64,000 nt of DNA, taken from Methanobacteriota archaeon (GTDB lineage Archaea; Thermoplasmatota; Thermoplasmata; SG8-5). A program made the translations under genes and the position numbers. Of the stretch, positions 1 to 7,719 are shown one piece after another. The DNA lies in the NCBI GenBank assembly GCA_013791785.1, contig VMTD01000061.1, positions 898-64,897 on the forward strand. Direction: 5' to 3'. The first letter of the stretch is position 1, and every line of letters begins with the position of its first letter. Under the pieces are notes generated by a model that worked only from the letters and a program-made list of their open reading frames with translations, made no database searches and was not told where the DNA came from.

Positions 1-1564
1 TTCCATATCTCCCCTGAGGAGCCAGTATTCCAGAGCTGATTTCAGCATCAAGAGGCTGGGAGTAATAATATCCCTTGACAAGGACCAGTACGCAGCCGGT
101 TCCCTGATGAGCCTGACCATCAGGACCTTCGCCACCGACAATCCGGCAAATCCGTCCGGCTCGGATACGGCAGAACCGGAGTGCAATGTTTCCATATCCA
201 TCAAGAAGGTGGGTACCATACAACCCATATACCCGAATATCGTGCTGAAAACCGATTCCCAGGGAGTTCTCAAACACATAATCGCACTCAACAACAACAC
301 CTACACGGAGGGTGCCATATTCGAGGTTGAGATATACGCTTCCAAGGGAACAACGAATTCGGTCCCGGATAGCCGAACCTTCGAAATAGTATCAACTTCC
401 TCAATAAGCATCGTTCTGGATTTCAATCGGGCCCAGTATGCATCAGGGGAGGAGCTCTTCGTCAATGCTACTGCTTCCGCCATCGGCGACGCTTCGAGTT
501 CCCAATTCACCTACATACTGGAAATAAGAGCGCTGTCATCCAACGGCTCACTGTTCGCCAGAGATACGCAACTTCATGGAAATTTCTCATTCAAAATACC
601 GGACAACTTCGAGGGGCTGCTCTGGGTCAGGGTCACCGCCGACGACGGCGCAGGAAACAGCGCATCCGTGATACAGCAGGTCAATGTTGCCTATGCCATC
701 ATTCTTGTCAACTCGGACAGGGAGTACTATGAACCGAATGACGTGCTGAAAATCACGTACTCCGTCATAGGAAACATGGACGGCGAACCGGAAACCTTCT
801 TCATAGTGTATGACAGCGACGGAAACGTGGTCGATGAAGGAATTACTGAACATGGCTCGTTCACCTTTGTGGTTCCGGCAGCCCCCTCCAGCACCTATGT
901 GTTCACCGTTTTTGCATCTGCAGGCGGTCGAGTTGTCCAGGGAACCGACCAGGCAAATCTGTTCTCCGGATACCTTCTGAACCTGAAATTCAACAGGGGA
1001 TACTACAAACCAGGCGATATCATTGTGCTGGATTACAGCATCATAGTTCTGGGCGGGGCAAACACGCCTGCAAGCTTCGTCATCACGTACGGGTTGGTGA
1101 ACGGCCCGGTTTCCAGCCTTCAAATCACCGAAACAAGCGGAACCTTGCTCTACACCATACCGGATGATGTGGATCAGGGAAACCAGTTATTCATGGCAAC
1201 ATGCATTTTTGGCAGCACGTCAGCGTCTGCCAGCGAAGTGCTTCTCATTAAGTCCGGGGCAAACCCGCTCTGGTTCCTGAGCATCAGCGACATACCCATA
1301 TTCAGCATCGGCCTGCTTATCCTTGTAATCATTTCCATCAACATGTCCTACAGGACAAGGAAAAGGATGAAAGCCATGGAAACGGACGGCGTGCACTCGA
1401 AGCCCTCCCAGAGCGATTCCCTCATTGCAAAGCGGGCCCAGGATGTACAGGGTGGCCAAACGGTTGAATGTATCGAGTGCGGCAATCCGATTGAGATAAC
1501 CACCACTAGGAGGCCCATAGAGGTAATGTGCCCGCACTGTGGGGAGATTCAACATATTGAATAG
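1..1564 (+). CDS. Surface or S-layer-like protein, 5'-truncated at the window edge. It has repeated beta-rich Ig-like modules, a C-terminal transmembrane helix, a basic stretch and a CxxC...CxxC zinc ribbon.
   Basis: The reading frame is open from nt 2 with no stop, so the gene starts upstream of the window. Motifs of the form YYEPNDVLKITYSV / YYKPGDIIVLDYSI recur along the protein. The C-terminus has a hydrophobic helix (LWFLSISDIPIFSIGLLILVIISI) followed by RTRKRMK and CIECGN...CPHCGE. Confidence 0.55.
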   Translation, partial: SISPLRSQYSRADFSIKRLGVIISLDKDQYAAGSLMSLTIRTFATDNPANPSGSDTAEPECNVSISIKKVGTIQPIYPNIVLKTDSQGVLKHIIALNNNTYTEGAIFEVEIYASKGTTNSVPDSRTFEIVSTSSISIVLDFNRAQYASGEELFVNATASAIGDASSSQFTYILEIRALSSNGSLFARDTQLHGNFSFKIPDNFEGLLWVRVTADDGAGNSASVIQQVNVAYAIILVNSDREYYEPNDVLKITYSVIGNMDGEPETFFIVYDSDGNVVDEGITEHGSFTFVVPAAPSSTYVFTVFASAGGRVVQGTDQANLFSGYLLNLKFNRGYYKPGDIIVLDYSIIVLGGANTPASFVITYGLVNGPVSSLQITETSGTLLYTIPDDVDQGNQLFMATCIFGSTSASASEVLLIKSGANPLWFLSISDIPIFSIGLLILVIISINMSYRTRKRMKAMETDGVHSKPSQSDSLIAKRAQDVQGGQTVECIECGNPIEITTTRRPIEVMCPHCGEIQHIE

Positions 1565-1592
1565 ATACGCAAATATTCGGTGAAACGATAAC

Positions 1593-1680
1593 GATTGTAG
1601 ATGTATGACGATTGTAGATTTAGGGATTGTAGATTGTAGATGTATGGCGATTGTAGATTTGGGGATTGTAGATTGTAGAT
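1593..1680. repeat. Tandem array of the 10-bp unit GATTGTAGAT (about 7 units with short spacers). It is the inverted counterpart of the array at 58317-58352.
   Basis: Direct reading. The reverse complement of 58300-58360 aligns with 1652-1700, including the shared flank tacgacggaNtgacgNcgttgcatattc. Confidence 0.8.
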
Positions 1681-1717
1681 ATACGACGGATTGACGGCGT
1701 TGCATATTCCCAGCACA

Positions 1718-1802
1718 AATCTAAAATCTAAAATCTAAAATCTAAAATACGGTTGGACATTCTGCCAGCAAAAATCTAAAATCTAAGATCTAAAATCTAA
1801 AA
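1718..1802. repeat. Two arrays of the 10-bp unit ATCTAAAATC separated by a conserved spacer (tacggttggacattctgccagca). This is the inverted copy of 57856-57940.
   Basis: The reverse complement of 1700-1800 aligns with 57841-57945 almost base for base. Confidence 0.8.
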
Positions 1803-1838
1803 TTTCGGAAGGCTGAATACTTATTACTTGGGTACAAT

Positions 1839-1848
1839 ATTTTATAAT
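1839..1848 (+). promoter_or_regulatory. TATA-box-like element (ttttataata) about 25 bp upstream of the expected start of the 1871 gene.
   Basis: AT-rich octamer at the canonical archaeal spacing upstream of the ATG at 1871. Confidence 0.35.
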
Positions 1849-1870
1849 ACGAGGCCGTATTCGCATTCCC

Positions 1871-2551
1871 ATGAAGCTGATTCCTGCAATTTCCATCAAG
1901 CACGGCCACGTAGCAACGGTAGTGGATGGACTGTATGCCTACATGAAAAATGAGGAAGGGCAATACAGGAATCCGGTGAATGTTCTAACGAAAATTGAAC
2001 ATGCCGGCGAGGAGGTGTTCGTTCTGGACATAGACGGCCTTGAGCGGAACAGCCCCGACCTGGACACCGTCAAGAAGATGGCGGCTTACAAGGACGTGTG
2101 GCTTGATGCCGGTACCGACGATGTGGACAACATGATGGACCTGTTCGTTTCCGATGCTACGAAAGTCGTCATGGGAACCCTGAGCCTGGAATCCTTGGGC
2201 GAGCTGAAAAATGCCCTGGAACTCTCAGACAATGTCATGTTCTCCCTTGGTTACGACGGTGGAATTGTCAGTCCGAACCGGGAGATAGGGGAGATGAGCC
2301 TGGAATCCATGGCAAGGGAACTGGAGAAGATGCCAGAGCTCAATACGGGAATGCTGTTCGACCTGGGGAGCATCAGAGATAAGAAACCAGTAGACATGGG
2401 CGCCATAACTGCCATTGCAGGTTTGTTCAAAGAATTCTATGTGTCCGGCCATGTAACCGAGACGGAGTTCGGTGTGCTGGAAGACTCCGGCGTCAGCGGG
2501 GTAATTCTGGACTTCAGAAAGATAGGGAGCATTCACGATGAAGGAACTTGA
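1871..2551 (+). CDS. HisA/HisF-family TIM-barrel protein, divergent.
   Basis: The N-terminus MKLIPAISIKHGHV resembles the HisA/HisF motif (IPAIDLKDGK). The length is 226 aa. The gene overlaps the next one by 14 nt, which suggests an operon. Confidence 0.45.
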   Translation: MKLIPAISIKHGHVATVVDGLYAYMKNEEGQYRNPVNVLTKIEHAGEEVFVLDIDGLERNSPDLDTVKKMAAYKDVWLDAGTDDVDNMMDLFVSDATKVVMGTLSLESLGELKNALELSDNVMFSLGYDGGIVSPNREIGEMSLESMARELEKMPELNTGMLFDLGSIRDKKPVDMGAITAIAGLFKEFYVSGHVTETEFGVLEDSGVSGVILDFRKIGSIHDEGT

Positions 2552-3014
2552 AATAACCATTGCCCAGGTTTTCAGGAAGAAGGGCAGAACAGCCATGGCG
2601 GAGAGGGACTTTGTCTTTGCACTGTCTCTGGACTTCGGGTGGTTCAATCCCAAGGACGCGCAAAAATTACTGGAGAAAGGACTGGAGAGCGAACTGCTGG
2701 TCATGGATGACAACAAGGTTAAGCCGACATTTGATTATAATGATATTGAGATACCCAGGGGCTTCAAGCCGAGTCCGGAAATGCTGCAGAAAAAGTCCGA
2801 ACCGAAGGGCGTTTTCATGAAGATGATCGACGAGATTTCCATAGCCATATCGATACCCGCAAAGGACGTCATATCCCAGGTCAACAGCGTCCAGGACAGA
2901 ATGAGCGTGGATATTGAAGTGGCGGCCCTCATAGTCGCCAAAAATAACGGCGTGGACCTTTCCGATTACTTCGACACGGTGGAAGAGGAAATAGGCAAGC
3001 GCTACCGCGGGTAA
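2538..3014 (+). CDS. Conserved archaeal hypothetical protein (158 aa).
   Basis: The ORF overlaps the upstream gene, and its TAA stop lies inside the palindromic element at 3011. Confidence 0.4.
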   Translation: MKELEITIAQVFRKKGRTAMAERDFVFALSLDFGWFNPKDAQKLLEKGLESELLVMDDNKVKPTFDYNDIEIPRGFKPSPEMLQKKSEPKGVFMKMIDEISIAISIPAKDVISQVNSVQDRMSVDIEVAALIVAKNNGVDLSDYFDTVEEEIGKRYRG

Positions 3015-3140
3015 ACTACCAGCCCTAAAGTGGCTGGCGTTTCTAATTGGGCTGGAAGTTTACCTGGGGGCCATGCATATGTGCACGATGCATGGCAGGC
3101 CATGCATATGAGCACGGCGGTCTACATTTTGTTTATATCC
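3011..3140. repeat. Family A palindromic element, copy 1. The core is 3011-3063 (gtaaactaccagccc...gggctggaagtttac), followed by a module with ATGCAT/CATATG-containing inverted repeats.
   Basis: The same core occurs at 10643-10698 and 58077-58131. The downstream module is shared with copy 3 (gggggccatgca ... gcacggcggtcta). Confidence 0.8.
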
Positions 3141-3201
3141 GTGTAAATGGCCAATTCATCTCAGGCGTGAACGCCAGAGGGTTCTTGACATTTATCACTA
3201 A

Positions 3202-3954
3202 TCATCCGATATATTTCAGTTCATCCGGCTTGACTGTCGGCGGCTTCATGTCATTGAGGCTCGCGGTGAGGTCGTCAATCTCCTTGGAATGCTGTTCCAG
3301 TTCTGTAAAATCTATCTTGACGCCTATCAATTTTCCAAGAATTTCGAGTATGGCCTGGGCACTCTTCGGGTCCGAGAAGTAGCCGGAAGTTTCCCCCATG
3401 AGGCATGCTGCCTCTATGTTCCTGAGTTGGCCAAGGCCCAGAAGCAGACCGGCGGCGCCGACTATGCCGCCTGCGGGCTCGTCCTTCGAGAACTCCACGC
3501 CGACGGCCTTGAGTTCCTTCACCAGTGGCAGTGTGGTTGTTGCCCCGAGGACTCTGGGTTGGTTGACCAGTTTACCGACGCTCCAGCCGCCCAGTGTGTA
3601 AATTCTCTTGCCCTTGTACCTCTCGAAAATGTCCAGTATCTCGTGGGATATATCGTATTGCCCCTCCTGGGATATGCCCTGGTAGTCACCGGAGAGAATA
3701 ATTATGTCCGACCCAGACTTGGTTTTATGATAGTAAAGGTCATTGGAAACGAGCCTTATCACGCCGTCATTACCTATAAGAACCTGCGGTGGGAAATGCT
3801 TTGAATAAATGCTGGCAAATTTCTTCGCTTTCAGTTTCATGATAAGATGCTCGGCTGCCAGTTTGCCCACGTTCCCGACGCCCGGAAGACCCTCTACAAG
3901 TATGGGGGTCCGAAGTTTCGGTTCTTCGTGATAGATAACCATTAATTCCTTCAT
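3202..3954 (-). CDS. Proteasome-assembly chaperone family protein (PAC2 / PbaA-like).
   Basis: Motif LVEGLPGVGNVGKLAAEHLI. The start is assigned to the ATG at 3954, which overlaps the Nop10 stop as ATGA. The longer ORF starting at 4107 is rejected as an N-terminal extension. Confidence 0.6.
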   Translation of the reverse strand: MKELMVIYHEEPKLRTPILVEGLPGVGNVGKLAAEHLIMKLKAKKFASIYSKHFPPQVLIGNDGVIRLVSNDLYYHKTKSGSDIIILSGDYQGISQEGQYDISHEILDIFERYKGKRIYTLGGWSVGKLVNQPRVLGATTTLPLVKELKAVGVEFSKDEPAGGIVGAAGLLLGLGQLRNIEAACLMGETSGYFSDPKSAQAILEILGKLIGVKIDFTELEQHSKEIDDLTASLNDMKPPTVKPDELKYIG

Positions 3955-4115
3955 TTCGAGGCCTCCTCGGATACGAGTTTCTTCAACTTTCTTCTGTAAT
4001 GGCCGTACTTGTCTTCCGGCGAGAACCTTGGTGGGTGGGGAGTCACTACCCTGCCGCTGCATTTCGGGCAGGCATCCCTGAGAGAATAGGAACCGCATTC
4101 CATGCACTTTCCCAT
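3951..4115 (-). CDS. nop10: H/ACA ribonucleoprotein component Nop10 (54 aa). This gene is absent from the ORF track because it is under 60 aa.
   Basis: My translation is MGKCMECGSYSLRDACPKCSGRVVTPHPPRFSPEDKYGHYRRKLKKLVSEEASK. It contains the zinc ribbon and the HPPRFSPEDKY signature of Nop10. The gene lies directly downstream of aIF2-alpha, as in many archaea. Confidence 0.8.
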   Translation of the reverse strand: MGKCMECGSYSLRDACPKCSGRVVTPHPPRFSPEDKYGHYRRKLKKLVSEEASK

Positions 4116-4128
4116 GTTGATGTCCATC

Positions 4129-4905
4129 TCAAGACCTCTCGAACTTTGCTGTTCCGCCGAATTTCTGTATCTCTTTTATGGCCTTGTCTGCAGCCCGGCG
4201 AATCAGTTCCTCGGCGACCTTGAACTCGGGAGCGGTCACCACTATGCGATAATTGGGAGCACCCATATACTGAATTTTTATGGTTGTGCCTTCGTCATCC
4301 GCTTCCTCGGCGAGCATAAGGGCACTTTTTATGTTCTCTATGCCGTCGCCGCCGGGGCATGTGATTTCGATGACGCCGTCCACCTTCGCGGTTGAAACTG
4401 TAACATTTTCCTTGGCTACCTGGATGAAGATATCCACCCATTCGCCCTTGAAAGACTCGGAAAGTACGCCTTCCTCGGCTGCAATCTCGAAAGCCACGTA
4501 ATGGCCCCCGAATTCGTCGATGATTTCCGGACTGTGTTTGGCTCTGAAATCCGGTACTGTGATGCCGAGGCGCTCGGCCACTATCTCTATCAATTTTGTG
4601 GCCTTTTGCTCGTTCTTCCATTCCTGAATTTTCTCCCGCTTCTGATGTGAATTCACTTTCTTCAGAGAAAGATCGATATGCCCCTTCTGGGAATCAACGT
4701 TCATTACCTTGCAGACTATGCGCTGGCCGTCACGGACATAATCACTCATCCGCTTGACCCAACCGGTGGCGATTTCCGCAACGTGGATGAAGCCCTCTTT
4801 GCCCGGGTATTCCTCGAGTTCGACAAAGGCCCCGAAATTCCTCACACTCTTCACGGTGCAGACAACAAGGTCGCCCTCTTCCGGGAAGATTGTTTCGGGT
4901 TCCAT
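4129..4905 (-). CDS. eif2a: Translation initiation factor 2 alpha subunit (aIF2-alpha).
   Basis: An S1 domain at the N-terminus and a 258-aa length are typical of aIF2-alpha. The start overlaps the S27e stop. Confidence 0.85.
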   Translation of the reverse strand: MEPETIFPEEGDLVVCTVKSVRNFGAFVELEEYPGKEGFIHVAEIATGWVKRMSDYVRDGQRIVCKVMNVDSQKGHIDLSLKKVNSHQKREKIQEWKNEQKATKLIEIVAERLGITVPDFRAKHSPEIIDEFGGHYVAFEIAAEEGVLSESFKGEWVDIFIQVAKENVTVSTAKVDGVIEITCPGGDGIENIKSALMLAEEADDEGTTIKIQYMGAPNYRIVVTAPEFKVAEELIRRAADKAIKEIQKFGGTAKFERS

Positions 4906-5093
4906 TACTGAACAACCTCAACAATTTCGCCCTTGATGTCGGCCTTTCCGCCGGTGGGCTTTGCCAGTGTAGAACCGCATGCCAGGCATTGAATCTTTGT
5001 GGCACATTTGACGAAAATGATCTGCTTGTTATCGCAATCCTTGCACTTAACCTCTACGAATTTGGCATCCTTTGTCTCATTTGGCTTGGTCAT
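4905..5093 (-). CDS. rps27e: Ribosomal protein S27e.
   Basis: MTKPNETKDAKFVEVKCKDCDNKQIIFVKCATKIQCLACGSTLAKPTGGKADIKGEIVEVVQ is a C4 zinc-finger S27e. The internal ATG at 5093 is preceded by GGAGGAGTG. The longer ORF running to 5276 is rejected. Confidence 0.85.
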   Translation of the reverse strand: MTKPNETKDAKFVEVKCKDCDNKQIIFVKCATKIQCLACGSTLAKPTGGKADIKGEIVEVVQ

Positions 5094-5095
5094 GC

Positions 5096-5377
5096 TCACT
5101 CCTCCGTAAGTTCGAACTTCTTTGCCCTGATGGCTGCCGGCTGAACGTACTTCTTGCATACGTTGCACTTGTACCTGAGCCACACTCTCCTGGTCGGCTT
5201 TTCCCTGCCCTCGGGCTTCGGTCTGGGGAAACCCCCGTAACCGGCAGTGACTTTCCTGAAACGCCTCTGACCCCATTTGAGCTCGCTCGTTTGCTTCTTC
5301 TTCACCCTCTCGACATCATGGGCGGTGTGTTTCTTGCATTTGGGGCAGTACATGTTCACTTTTCTTGGAAGCTTCAT
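5096..5377 (-). CDS. rpl44e: Ribosomal protein L44e.
   Basis: MKLPRKVNMYCPKCKKHTAHDVERVKKKQ...KCNVCKK matches L44e. The start was trimmed to the ATG at 5377. Confidence 0.85.
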   Translation of the reverse strand: MKLPRKVNMYCPKCKKHTAHDVERVKKKQTSELKWGQRRFRKVTAGYGGFPRPKPEGREKPTRRVWLRYKCNVCKKYVQPAAIRAKKFELTEE

Positions 5378-5476
5378 ATATATCCTTCCTGAATTTTCAT
5401 CTGCTCTGACAGTGGAATTCCCAAAGCCAAGGCGCTGGGGCGTCATGTAGCAGCATACTCTATATATAGGTTTTTA

Positions 5477-5613
5477 TGTAAGTGGTCAGTCTTCAGAAGT
5501 TATAATCCCGCAATAACAGATTTGATTTTCTAACTGGCTGTTATAATCTGTTCCTGTATCAGCTATATCAAATTGCCATAATTTATTGGCAGAGCTATCT
5601 GTAGTTTGCCAGA
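5477..5613. repeat. Family C intergenic repeat, copy 1 (about 135 bp), beginning tgtaagtggtcagtcttcagaagttat...ccgcaataacagat and ending ...ccataatttatt.
   Basis: The second copy is at 57955-58076. The 5' 44 nt and the ccataatttatt block are conserved between the two copies, and the middle parts are about 60% similar. Confidence 0.7.
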
Positions 5614-5614
5614 A

Positions 5615-6349
5615 TCACTGTTCCCCGGATGTGAAGTAATCTGCTAAATTGAGACCTTTCTTGGCAATCTGGCTTGCGGGTTTTATCTCAAGGGCACGGT
5701 TGAATAACGGAATCGCTTCGCTGAACCTGCCCAGGCCCTCCAGGACGGCGCCTTTCTTGCCCAACGCGTCCGGATTATTCGGGTCCAGGGAAATGGCCTT
5801 GTCAAAGTACTGGAGAGATTCCTCCAGCTTGCCCATGGCAGCCATCGCCACGGCCTTCTTGGTCCACGCGTCCGATTTCCCGGGGTTCTTGTCAATCTGG
5901 GCTTCCGCCTTCGAGAGTTCGCCCATGGCCTTGTCCAGGCGGTTCTGGGCGGTCTTCAGGTCCTTGGCAGCCAGGGGGTGCTTGGGCGCGAGCTTCGCAG
6001 CCTTTCCCAGCAGTTCCGTAGCTTTCACACAGTCGCCGTAGAACATCCAGGTGTAGCCCTTGAAGTGTAATTCGTTGGCTGCAATCATGTCAATCTGTTC
6101 CTGGCAGTACGCCTCCAGTTCGGATTTTCCTGCCTTCTGGGCTGTGCCCTTGAGCTTCGAGAAGACTTCAGGAGAATCCAGCGGACGCTCGAAGGCCTCG
6201 TCGACCTCCAGCAGCTTCTGGCGGATGACGTCCAGTATCGCACCGTCGCCGGCACCGCCGGTCAGTGCGTTCATGGCCTTCAGAATGGCCTCGGTCGTTC
6301 CCTTTATGCTCAACGTGACATCAAGATTCTTCAGTTCTTCAACGGACAT
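5615..6349 (-). CDS. TPR-repeat protein.
   Basis: Tetratricopeptide-like repeats are evident (LGKKGAVLEGLGRFSEAIPLFNRALEIKP and others). Confidence 0.7.
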   Translation of the reverse strand: MSVEELKNLDVTLSIKGTTEAILKAMNALTGGAGDGAILDVIRQKLLEVDEAFERPLDSPEVFSKLKGTAQKAGKSELEAYCQEQIDMIAANELHFKGYTWMFYGDCVKATELLGKAAKLAPKHPLAAKDLKTAQNRLDKAMGELSKAEAQIDKNPGKSDAWTKKAVAMAAMGKLEESLQYFDKAISLDPNNPDALGKKGAVLEGLGRFSEAIPLFNRALEIKPASQIAKKGLNLADYFTSGEQ

Positions 6350-6405
6350 ACTATCGCCCCGTGAGGGAATATGTGCGTGAGTTAATGTAATTTTCCCTGA
6401 CAGAA

Positions 6406-6633
6406 ATGCATTTAAACACCGTTTCCCATGGTATGCCGGATAACATGAAGCACCAGATGCTTGATAATATATGCTGCCCTGTCTGCAAGGAAGCCCTTTC
6501 CCTCAAAGCGGAAAAGGAAAACGACGTCGAAATACTGGCAGGTTTTCTTACTTGCAAGAAATGCAAGTTCGATTATCTGATACAGGAGGGAATACCCAAC
6601 CTGTTGCCGCCGGAACTGCAGAAAACGATGTAG
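6406..6633 (+). CDS. Trm112-like small zinc-ribbon protein (methyltransferase activator family). The true start is probably the internal ATG at 6445.
   Basis: The pattern LDNICCPVCKEAL...LTCKKCKFDYLIQEGIPNLLP matches Trm112/DUF343. Confidence 0.6.
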   Translation: MHLNTVSHGMPDNMKHQMLDNICCPVCKEALSLKAEKENDVEILAGFLTCKKCKFDYLIQEGIPNLLPPELQKTM

Positions 6634-6644
6634 GGGATTTTCAA

Positions 6645-6700
6645 GAGATTGGCCGGTGCCGAAGCCCTGGGGGTGGCCTGGCGCTATTCCAGACGATAGT
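6645..6700. repeat. Family D repeat fragment (ttggccggtgccgaagccctgggg...).
   Basis: It matches 7893-7918 (ttggccggtgccggagccctgggg). Confidence 0.55.
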
Positions 6701-7105
6701 TTATGCTAATTTATCCTTTACCCAGTTGTGGAATCTATTGCATGCTTTTTTTGCATTCTCCGTATCCTCTCGGTCCATCAACCGCTCTTCATATTCAGCC
6801 GCATTTTTGATTGCGAGAAGAGAGGTTAATTGCTGGCCTTTATTCTCAAGTTCTTTCGGTTCGATTTCCAATCTCTGAAATAACTGGAGAACATCCTGAT
6901 GCCTGTCGCCTGCATGTCTGAATCCGAGGTAAAACACCGTGATAGCGTCCGCGGAATTTATCGCGCAATGGATGGCATTCACCACGCAGGCATTCCATAG
7001 TTCGCTGTCATAGTTTGCGTTCATGGATTCATAATGTTCATCAGCTTTTTTCAGATAATTCCTGAACAACCGGCGGTCCACCGCTCTGGTTCTCAATTCC
7101 GCCAT
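6701..7105 (-). CDS. HEPN-domain protein (HepT-like toxin component).
   Basis: HEPN R-x4-6-H motif (FRHAGDRHQD), 134 aa, placed immediately downstream of the MNT gene. Confidence 0.7.
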   Translation of the reverse strand: MAELRTRAVDRRLFRNYLKKADEHYESMNANYDSELWNACVVNAIHCAINSADAITVFYLGFRHAGDRHQDVLQLFQRLEIEPKELENKGQQLTSLLAIKNAAEYEERLMDREDTENAKKACNRFHNWVKDKLA

Positions 7106-7106
7106 G

Positions 7107-7706
7107 TCAAATCTCCACCCCGCCTTTCACAATCACAATCCCGTCGGAAAGCGCTTCCTTGACAAATCCAGTCTGGCGCCTTGTCATGAATTCTTCCTCC
7201 GAGATTATTACGGATGCAAGCGAAACAGAGAATATGCGAAGCAAATTCTCGGCAAGATTCTGCGACCTTGCCTCGGCCTCGGCCCTGTTTCCGGTGATGA
7301 TAAGCACATCGATATCGCTGTCGTACTTTTCCTCCGCCCTGGCAAAACTTCCGAACAGGACGCAGGTGCCGAGACCGTCCAATTTCTCTTTCATCAGGTC
7401 AAGCATATCCTGCCGAACCTGCTTTTCCTTCCCGAATAACTCCGAGAACAGGGGAAAAAGCGCGGAATCCGGACTGCACCGATACGAATGCGTCCGCCCC
7501 AGACGCTTGTAGAGAAACACATTGGTCTTGCGCAGGTCGTTCAGCGCCAGATTGACCGTGTTCGGGCTCATGCCTATCATCCCGGCAATCTCCCTTTCCG
7601 TGAACTCGCGTTCGGGGAACCTGAACAGCAGCCGGAGTATTCTGATCTTGGATTTCGAGTCCACCGTATCGTCCAGAAGGTTGTGGAGTTTCATGGTATC
7701 ATTCAA
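7107..7706 (-). CDS. Minimal nucleotidyltransferase (MntA-like antitoxin) with an N-terminal winged-helix domain.
   Basis: GS-x9-10-DxD nucleotidyltransferase motif (LFGSFARAEEKYDSDIDVLII) with an N-terminal HTH. It is separated from the HEPN gene by 1 nt. Confidence 0.7.
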   Translation of the reverse strand: MNDTMKLHNLLDDTVDSKSKIRILRLLFRFPEREFTEREIAGMIGMSPNTVNLALNDLRKTNVFLYKRLGRTHSYRCSPDSALFPLFSELFGKEKQVRQDMLDLMKEKLDGLGTCVLFGSFARAEEKYDSDIDVLIITGNRAEAEARSQNLAENLLRIFSVSLASVIISEEEFMTRRQTGFVKEALSDGIVIVKGGVEI

Positions 7707-7719
7707 TCCTATTTATAGG

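Noticed and set aside
1593-1802. Possible CRISPR array
   Set aside because: The repeat period is 10 bp with no unique spacers of CRISPR length. There are no cas genes in the window.
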